A DNA stretch of 64,000 nt from an uncultured Verrucomicrobiae bacterium (GTDB taxonomy: Bacteria; Verrucomicrobiota; Verrucomicrobiia; Limisphaerales; Palsa-1400): NCBI GenBank assembly GCA_963764165.1, contig CAVXRD010000002.1:2976001-3040000 (forward strand), read 5' to 3'. Within the stretch, counting starts at the first letter, position 1. Every line of letters begins with the position of its first letter. Both the position numbers and the translations under genes were made by a program. This document shows positions 57,842 through 64,000 of this stretch, in pieces. Below the pieces are notes generated by a model, which was not told the DNA's origin, made no database searches, and saw only the letters and a program-made list of their open reading frames with translations.

Positions 57842-59158
57842 CTAAAGCTTTGTCCCCGGTTTTGCCGAGCCGTCTTCAACTCGATAAAGAGCCGCCATCG
57901 TGCGCAAATAGAGAGCATGTCCATCCGCCGCAGGGGAAGCCATGAAACCGGCGGAAAGTTGGTTCGTGGCGAGCGAGCCGAAAGTTCGGCCGGCCTGCAA
58001 CACGACACTTTTTCCGTCCTGGCTGAAGGCGTAAATCTTGCCGTCGCCGTAGAGAATCGAGGCGGAATACTCGCCGCCGATGCGTTCGCGCCAGACTTCC
58101 GTGCCGTCCGCAGTTTGGAAACAGCACGCGATTCCGCCTTCGTTGACAATGTAGAGCAAGCCGTTGTCAATCGTGCCGGAGGTGCGGCTGGGCGAACCAC
58201 GGGCCACCCGCCACAAGACCGCTTCGGGCGGGACATCGCCGTGAACATCCGGGCGCAATCCCATGATCTCTGGTTTGCCGTTTCCAGATGTGACGATCAC
58301 CCGCCCATCATCGAACAACGGGCGCGAAGCGGGCGAATAGCCGCCGTGCGCGAGTTTCCAAATTTCGCTCCCCGTCGCCGCGTTATAGCTGTAAGCGGCC
58401 TTGGAAGCCGTCGTGATAATTTGTTTGACGCCGCCGGCATCAATCACGAGCGGAGTGGAGAACGCCTTGCGGAAATCGCCGCCGCCGGTCGGCCGGCCCT
58501 TGTTGTCGAGGTCGTTGTATTGGGCGGTGCGGTCGGTTTTCCAGACGGTCTTGCCGGTGTTTTTGTCGAGCGCCACCACGTATTGCTGGTCGATGCCGTC
58601 CATCGTAAGGATCAGCAAATTATCGCACAGGATTGGCGAGGAACCCGGGCCGCGAAAGTGGCGGCACGGAAGATCATCGCGTTTCCAAATCGTTTTTCCT
58701 GTTGACGCATCGAGGCACGCGGTTCCGTAGGTGCCGAAATGAACATAAGCGCGCCCCGGTTCCAGGACGGCAGAGGGCGAGGCGTAGCAGTTGAAATTGA
58801 CGGCGGCACCGAGCGATTCCGGGTTGTCACAATGGAAGATTTTGTTGTCAAACCGGATTTTGCCCGTCGCTTCATCCACGCACACCGCGAAAAAATCGTG
58901 GCCGTCAATGGTCGCCGTCGTGAGCCACACTTGGCCGTTCATGATGACGGGCGTCGACCAGCCACGGTCGTGAATGGGCGTTTTCCATTTGATATTCTCG
59001 GTTTCGCTCCAATGAAGCGGCAAGCCGAGAGAGTTCGTGGAGCCGGGGGGATTCGCGCGCCCGTCGCACCATGGCCCGCGAAAATCCGGCCAATCGGCCC
59101 GGGCAGTCGCTGCAAGTCCACAGAGTGACGCAATCAAAACGGCGGCAAGTGAGCGCAT
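57842..59158 (-). CDS. PQQ-like beta-propeller repeat protein
   Basis: DWPDFRGP, WSETENIKWK, repeated TGK..W units and ASP. Confidence 0.88.
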   Translation of the reverse strand: MRSLAAVLIASLCGLAATARADWPDFRGPWCDGRANPPGSTNSLGLPLHWSETENIKWKTPIHDRGWSTPVIMNGQVWLTTATIDGHDFFAVCVDEATGKIRFDNKIFHCDNPESLGAAVNFNCYASPSAVLEPGRAYVHFGTYGTACLDASTGKTIWKRDDLPCRHFRGPGSSPILCDNLLILTMDGIDQQYVVALDKNTGKTVWKTDRTAQYNDLDNKGRPTGGGDFRKAFSTPLVIDAGGVKQIITTASKAAYSYNAATGSEIWKLAHGGYSPASRPLFDDGRVIVTSGNGKPEIMGLRPDVHGDVPPEAVLWRVARGSPSRTSGTIDNGLLYIVNEGGIACCFQTADGTEVWRERIGGEYSASILYGDGKIYAFSQDGKSVVLQAGRTFGSLATNQLSAGFMASPAADGHALYLRTMAALYRVEDGSAKPGTKL

Positions 59159-59219
59159 AGATTCCGCAGGGTATCAAATGGGAGTCAGACTTGCACGCCT
59201 GAAAGGACAGAATCAAAGT

Positions 59220-59368
59220 AATCTGGAACTCCCGAAATCAGGAACAGAGGCAACGGCCGCTTTCCAGGCGAACGGAAATGAGGAGAATTTGGCGCACGGC
59301 GCATCCGGATTCCCGGTGGCGTGAGATCGAATTTGGTCTCCGTTCCTGAGTTCGGGAGTTCCAGATTA
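59220..59368. repeat. inverted repeat (aatctggaactc family)
   Basis: aatctggaactcccgaaatcaggaac ... gttcctgagttcgggagttccagatt; related single arm near 51486-51509. Confidence 0.75.
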
Positions 59369-59382
59369 AAAATTCCCCCGTC

Positions 59383-60201
59383 CTAAAGATGCAGGTGCTT
59401 CCAAAGTTCCAAAGGTGCCAGGCGCATGTTGATGTAGAAGGGGCCGAAATCGCCGTAGCGCGCGCTGACTTCGTCGAACCGCATTTCGTAAACAATATCC
59501 TTCAGCGCGTCGGCCTGATGGGCCATCAGCGTGACGCCCCATTCCCAATCGTCCAATCCAGTCGAGCCGGTGATGAGCTGGGAGACGCGGCCGGAAAATT
59601 TCCGGCCCACGCGGGCGTGGCCAGCCATGAGTTTTTTGCGCGCGGCAAAATCCAGCATGTACCAATTGTCCGTGGCGGCGCGGCGTTTGCTCATGGGATA
59701 GAAGCCCATGATTTCCCAATCCGGCATTTCCGGGTAGAGGCGGTATTGTTCGTATTGGCGCATCCGCTCGCGCAATTCCCCGATGCGCTTCTGGAAAGTT
59801 TCGCTCTCGGGATCGAGTTTCTCCTGCTCGATGAGCATGCGTCGGTTGTCCTCCTCGGTGCTCATGTATTCGGACAATTCGGTGACGCTCAAATACGAAA
59901 ATACTTTCCGCAGCGTCCCAGGCGGAAAGCAGGCCTCGATATCGCGATGCATCCGGCTGATTTCGTCCAAACCTGCGGCTAGGAGAAAGAACGCGATGTC
60001 CGCCTTGGCGGCGACTGTGGCGTAACTGCAAATGCGCGGGTGGGACGGATTGGCGTGCGCTTCGCAAAGAGCCGCAAGGCGATCCCGGCTGGCGGCGGAC
60101 TTGTCCGGCGGCAGCGCGGCCCATTTTTCGCGATCGATGTTGTAAAACAAATGCATCACGTGGAGGCCACGATCCAATTTAATTAACGGAGAATTCTGCA
60201 T
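59383..60201 (-). CDS. hemQ: coproheme decarboxylase (HemQ/ChdC, chlorite dismutase family)
   Basis: FYPMSKRR...NWYML, H..VGRK, GLDDWEWGVTL and VYEMRFDEVSARYG. Confidence 0.85.
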   Translation of the reverse strand: MQNSPLIKLDRGLHVMHLFYNIDREKWAALPPDKSAASRDRLAALCEAHANPSHPRICSYATVAAKADIAFFLLAAGLDEISRMHRDIEACFPPGTLRKVFSYLSVTELSEYMSTEEDNRRMLIEQEKLDPESETFQKRIGELRERMRQYEQYRLYPEMPDWEIMGFYPMSKRRAATDNWYMLDFAARKKLMAGHARVGRKFSGRVSQLITGSTGLDDWEWGVTLMAHQADALKDIVYEMRFDEVSARYGDFGPFYINMRLAPLELWKHLHL

Positions 60202-60205
60202 GGCG

Positions 60206-60577
60206 TTATTCAATCTGGAGAATCTGCTCCAGCAATTGCGGCAGTTGCTCGGCAATCCCGGAATCCGCGGCGACCAGCGTCACGCCGGATTCGCGGGCCT
60301 GCGTTTGCGCCGTCGGCGCGGGCAGGCGCGTGTAACCGAGCACGGGAATATGTTGGGTGGCCGGATTGGCTTTGAGTTTTGACACGGCGGAGCAAACATC
60401 CGGCGCCGGGGCCAATTCCGCGATGACCACCATCGGCATCTCTCCTTCGCACGCGCCGGAGAGCGCCGCCACGCTGTCCACCGTGTGGACGCGGTAGCCC
60501 AAATCCTGCAGGCGGCTGGCCAACTGGCTGCCGGGCAGAAGATTTGTGTAGTAGAGGAGCGCCAACGGATTGCTCAT
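60206..60577 (-). CDS. receiver-like (pseudo-receiver) protein
   Basis: LQDLGYRV, P.VVIAEL and LKANPATQHIPVL; phosphoacceptor Asp apparently replaced by Glu. Confidence 0.65.
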   Translation of the reverse strand: MSNPLALLYYTNLLPGSQLASRLQDLGYRVHTVDSVAALSGACEGEMPMVVIAELAPAPDVCSAVSKLKANPATQHIPVLGYTRLPAPTAQTQARESGVTLVAADSGIAEQLPQLLEQILQIE

Positions 60578-60734
60578 GGGAAACAAATTGGCGCAGCGAG
60601 GCGCAAATTGCAAAACAAACGGATTTATAAAAGAGTGGATGCCGACGAGGTTTGGCAGGGCTCTTCCGCCAGGCCGCCTAATTGGTCCTATGGGTCTTAT
60701 TGGCCCCATTCATACGAGAATGAGAACTAGAGGG

Positions 60735-60760
60735 CGGCTCGGCAGGAGCCTCGCCCTACC
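60735..60760. repeat. single REP (family B)
   Basis: cggctcggcaggagcctcgccctacc. Confidence 0.85.
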
Positions 60761-61436
60761 TATCCTGCAAACTATGCACCCACTGAATGGCGTGCTGCAG
60801 CAATTGCGTGCCGTCGTCCAATTTCAATTTGTCCTTGATGCGGGCGCGGTAGGATTCGACGGTCTTGACACCGAGATGCAGTTCTTCCGCGATGCGGCGG
60901 GTGCCCTGGCCTTTGCCGATGAGCTGGAAAACTTCCAATTCGCGGTCGGTCAGCCGTTCAATCGGCGATTTCTGGCTGTCAGAGCGGCCGACGACCATTT
61001 TGTTGACCATCCGAGCCGCCATCTTTTCGCTGATGTAAACCTGGCCGCTGAGAACCTGCCGGACGGCGAGCAAAATTTTCTTGGTGGCTTCCTGCTTGGT
61101 GATGTAGCCCTTCGCTCCCGCGCGCAAAACGCGCTCGGCGTAGAGTGATTCATCGTGCATGGAAAGGACGAGCACCGGAAGCGATGGCATCCGCACCTGC
61201 AAATCCTTGACCAATTCCAAACCGTGCGTGTTCTTGAGGGAAATATCAGCGATGACGATCTCCGGCTTGGTTTCCTCGATTTTCTTGAGAGCTTCCTGGG
61301 TATCTTCGGCTTCGCCGCAAACGGAAAGGTCGTCTTCGCGCTGGATCAGTTGGGAGAGCCACTCTCTGACCAGCGGATGGTCATCGACTAGGAAAACCTT
61401 CGCCTTCGTTTGTTCAGGTTTAGTGCGCACGGACAC
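60756..61436 (-). CDS. NarL/LuxR-family response regulator
   Basis: VDDHPLVRE, DISL, LSMHDE and LTDRELEVF...KTVESYR. Confidence 0.95.
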   Translation of the reverse strand: MSVRTKPEQTKAKVFLVDDHPLVREWLSQLIQREDDLSVCGEAEDTQEALKKIEETKPEIVIADISLKNTHGLELVKDLQVRMPSLPVLVLSMHDESLYAERVLRAGAKGYITKQEATKKILLAVRQVLSGQVYISEKMAARMVNKMVVGRSDSQKSPIERLTDRELEVFQLIGKGQGTRRIAEELHLGVKTVESYRARIKDKLKLDDGTQLLQHAIQWVHSLQDR

Positions 61437-61522
61437 TTCGCTCTTCTATAACGGAATCAGGCGAAATGAAATGAAAAAATGCAACCGCGGCGCAGCCGGC
61501 AGAGGGATCCAGGTTATATTGC

Positions 61523-61702
61523 TCACCAGCACTGAACGGAATCCGCGTCGAATATCTTGTCCAGCAAGTCGTTGTAATCAGGATCCGGCGCAGTCAAATC
61601 AAAGTGGCACACCTCGTTCGCGGGGTCTTTTTTTTGGCTCTCGATGAGTTCTTGGGCGGATTTCGATTCCGGTTTCGTGACGATGTGAAGAATGCGGCGC
61701 AT
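61523..61702 (-). CDS. 59-aa DsrH/TusB-like small protein (below the ORF-track cutoff)
   Basis: MRRILHIVTKPESKSAQELIESQKKDPANEVCHFDLTAPDPDYNDLLDKIFDADSVQCW*; starts 1 bp after the upstream stop. Confidence 0.7.
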   Translation of the reverse strand: MRRILHIVTKPESKSAQELIESQKKDPANEVCHFDLTAPDPDYNDLLDKIFDADSVQCW

Positions 61703-61703
61703 G

Positions 61704-62006
61704 TTAGAAATGGAGAAGGGTGGTGGCTGCGGCGGCCATTTTGGAAAGTTCCTCGCCGCTGAGATTCTTGGTGGTTCGAATCGCGCCGCCGGAATCTGTT
61801 ATGAGACGCAAATGTTCGGATAAGTTGTCGCCATCAATCAAAAATTCCGCGTCGTCACCCGCAATGAACTCTGCCGGGCCGCGCAGACAGACATCGACAT
61901 GGACTTTTTTCCAGGCGCTGATTCCCGCCGCGATGCGCACCGCTTCCGCCGGACGCGGGCTGGTGCGCGGATCGCTGTCGATAATAAATAACAGGCGGGG
62001 TTTCAT
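61704..62006 (-). CDS. DsrF/TusC-like protein
   Basis: LLFIIDSDPRTSPRPAEAVRIAAG; second gene of the triad. Confidence 0.65.
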   Translation of the reverse strand: MKPRLLFIIDSDPRTSPRPAEAVRIAAGISAWKKVHVDVCLRGPAEFIAGDDAEFLIDGDNLSEHLRLITDSGGAIRTTKNLSGEELSKMAAAATTLLHF

Positions 62007-62013
62007 TTTGGAA

Positions 62014-62343
62014 TCAATTGAAACTGACAAATCGATCCGCGGCCGCCACCAAATCACTCAAGAGCGCCAAGCCGGCATAATGAGTTTCCGCGTTTCTGGG
62101 AATGTTCCGTTTCTGCCCCCCGTAGGCGCAAACGTAAAGTTTCAATCCGCGTTTCGCGAGGGCCTGCAATTCCCCGGCCTCAGCGCCGGCAACAGCCTCG
62201 TCAACGCAATAAAGATAGACCTCGACGCCCCGCTCGACAGCGTTCTCGGCAAGGCGCAATCCGTGTCGAAAGCCCGGCTCGGCAGGCGCGGCGGAAAGGA
62301 GAATTCCCAGTTTTTTCCCCTGCAATGGAGTCGCCGCCATCAT
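62014..62343 (-). CDS. DsrE/TusD-like sulfur relay protein
   Basis: KLGILLSAAP, VYLYCVDEAV, LYVCAYG..KR and GLALLSDLV..ADRFVSF. Confidence 0.8.
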   Translation of the reverse strand: MMAATPLQGKKLGILLSAAPAEPGFRHGLRLAENAVERGVEVYLYCVDEAVAGAEAGELQALAKRGLKLYVCAYGGQKRNIPRNAETHYAGLALLSDLVAAADRFVSFN

Positions 62344-62354
62344 CCACCTCCAGT

Positions 62355-63269
62355 TCAACTCTCCTCGAACAAGGCACGGGCAAATTGGGCCGGATCGAAG
62401 GGCTGCAAATCGTCCGGCTTCTCACCGAGGCCGATGAATTTAACCGGCAACGCCAATTCACGTTGGATCGCCACCACCATGCCGCCTTTGCTGGTGCCAT
62501 CCAGCTTTGTGATCACCAAGCCGGTCAGCGGAACCGCCTTGTGGAATTCGCGAGCTTGAACGAGAGCGTTCATTCCAGTGGTGGCGTCAAGAACCAGCAG
62601 CGTTTCGTGCGGCGCCCCGGGCATTTTCTTCTGCATGACGCGATGAACCTTCTGCAATTCCTGCATGAGATTATGCTTGGTGTGCATGCGTCCGGCAGTG
62701 TCAATAAACAGGTAATCCGCCTTGCGCGCCAGCCCTGCCGCGATGCCATCGTGGGCCACGGATGCCGGGTCAGCTCCATGGGCGCCGGCAATGACGGGCA
62801 CCTTGAGGCGTTCACCCCAAAGCTTCAATTGTTCGACGGCGGCGGCGCGGAACGTGTCGCACGCCGCCAGAATCGCCGTTTGTCCTCCCGCTTGAACCAA
62901 ATGCGCCAGCTTCGCGGAGGTGGTGGTCTTGCCCGTGCCATTGACGCCGACAATGGATACAACGGTCAAACCCTCCGGCTGTTTAATAAGGCCGGCCTTG
63001 GTTGTGGACAGGCTTTTTTCGACTTCGGCGCGCGCGATATCAACGACATCCAACCCGCTGCGTCCTTGTGTTTCGTAGGCTCGCTTGACGGAAATGATGA
63101 TTTGGCGGGTCATTGCGGGTCCCAAATCCGCCGCGATGAGGGCTTTCTCCAGTTCCTCAATACTGTCAGTTGTCAGCCTGGGAGAGGCGGAGACGATGCG
63201 CTTGATTTCGTGGGTTAGCTTCTGCTGTGTCTTAACCAGCCCTTCTTTGAATTTTTGAAACAAACCCAT
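62355..63269 (-). CDS. ftsY: signal recognition particle receptor FtsY (NG domain only)
   Basis: GVNGTGKTTT, DTFRAAA, DTAGR, TKLDGTSKGG and GLGE. Confidence 0.97.
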   Translation of the reverse strand: MGLFQKFKEGLVKTQQKLTHEIKRIVSASPRLTTDSIEELEKALIAADLGPAMTRQIIISVKRAYETQGRSGLDVVDIARAEVEKSLSTTKAGLIKQPEGLTVVSIVGVNGTGKTTTSAKLAHLVQAGGQTAILAACDTFRAAAVEQLKLWGERLKVPVIAGAHGADPASVAHDGIAAGLARKADYLFIDTAGRMHTKHNLMQELQKVHRVMQKKMPGAPHETLLVLDATTGMNALVQAREFHKAVPLTGLVITKLDGTSKGGMVVAIQRELALPVKFIGLGEKPDDLQPFDPAQFARALFEES

Positions 63270-63282
63270 GGAAAATGCCAAT

Positions 63283-64000
63283 CTATATCGATACAGGACG
63301 CCGCCGTTGCTTCAAAAGCTCCAAAAAGACTGCGGGAAGCTTCACGCCGCCAATCAGCGGTTTGCCTTTGCTGAAACCATGACAGTCTGAGCCGCCCGTC
63401 ACCGCCAGATTATGCTTCCGAGCCAGCGCGAGATAATGTTCGCTTTGAGATTTCGTATGTTTGGTATGCCAACATTCCAATCCGTCCAATCCGGCGCTGG
63501 CCAATTGAGGTATGGCTTGGTCGCAGCGATTCAATCCAGGGTGCGCCACCACCGCAAGGCCGCCCGCCTCGTGGATCAGACCCATTCCTTCCGCCGTCGA
63601 AACTTTATGTTTCGGCACCCACGCAGGACGGCCCTTCTTGAGGAACCGATCAAAAGCCTCGTCCATGCTGGTGCAAAAACCTTCCTGGGCCAGGGCGCGC
63701 GCGACATGCGGGCGGCCGGGGGACTGGCAATTGGCCAGTTCGAACACCGATTCGACCCGCAGACCGACGCCAATCCCATTCAACCTTGCCACCATCTCTT
63801 TGATGCGATCCTGACGGGTAGTTTGAAACTTCTTCATCTCAGCCAGGAGGTTGGGATGATGAATGTCGAGGAAGTATCCAAGCAGATGGATTTCGCAGCC
63901 TTCAAAATCCGTGGTCAGCTCCGTCCCCGCAATGAACTCCACCCCAAGACCTTGGCAGGCGCGGCCCATCCGTTCGCACCCTTCGACAGTGTCGTGGTCG
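63283..64000 (-). CDS. PHP domain phosphoesterase (YciV/TrpH-like), 5' end outside the window
   Basis: DHDT at the window edge, IHLLGY, GRPHVA, AHP and GGSDCHG. Confidence 0.9.
   Translation of the reverse strand, partial: DHDTVEGCERMGRACQGLGVEFIAGTELTTDFEGCEIHLLGYFLDIHHPNLLAEMKKFQTTRQDRIKEMVARLNGIGVGLRVESVFELANCQSPGRPHVARALAQEGFCTSMDEAFDRFLKKGRPAWVPKHKVSTAEGMGLIHEAGGLAVVAHPGLNRCDQAIPQLASAGLDGLECWHTKHTKSQSEHYLALARKHNLAVTGGSDCHGFSKGKPLIGGVKLPAVFLELLKQRRRPVSI

Overview
GC-rich bacterial chromosomal window, most consistent with Verrucomicrobiota subdivision 3 (Pedosphaerales-like). This is an inference from the GloVer-repeat protein, the SWIB protein, a long C-terminally extended ECF sigma factor, and surface proteins ending in a shared '...STNL..W...F.D......RFYR' tail. 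Most of the window is housekeeping and envelope genes: lpxB, a MacAB-TolC-type ABC exporter, pyruvate carboxylase, ftsY, hemQ/chdC, cyclophilins, a two-component system, GH3 and GH25. An accessory island at about 9.0-18.9 kb carries iteron-like repeats, a DUF3631-type replication protein with palindromic repeats inserted in frame, a truncated PIN toxin with its antitoxin, and two AT-richer genes (a HEPN-motif protein and a Schlafen/AlbA_2 protein) bounded by dif-like 11-6-11 sites. It also holds a ParE-type TA pair, an IS1182 and several composite palindromic modules. Intergenic DNA contains many REP-like families. Features absent from the ORF track include a 59-aa DsrH-like gene completing a DsrEFH-like triad behind ftsY, a candidate sigma54-driven sRNA of about 77 nt, and a duplicated ECF promoter with a minigene. 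No rRNA, tRNA or CRISPR array was seen. Two single-base frameshifts may be assembly errors. All family assignments come from motif recognition, not database searches.
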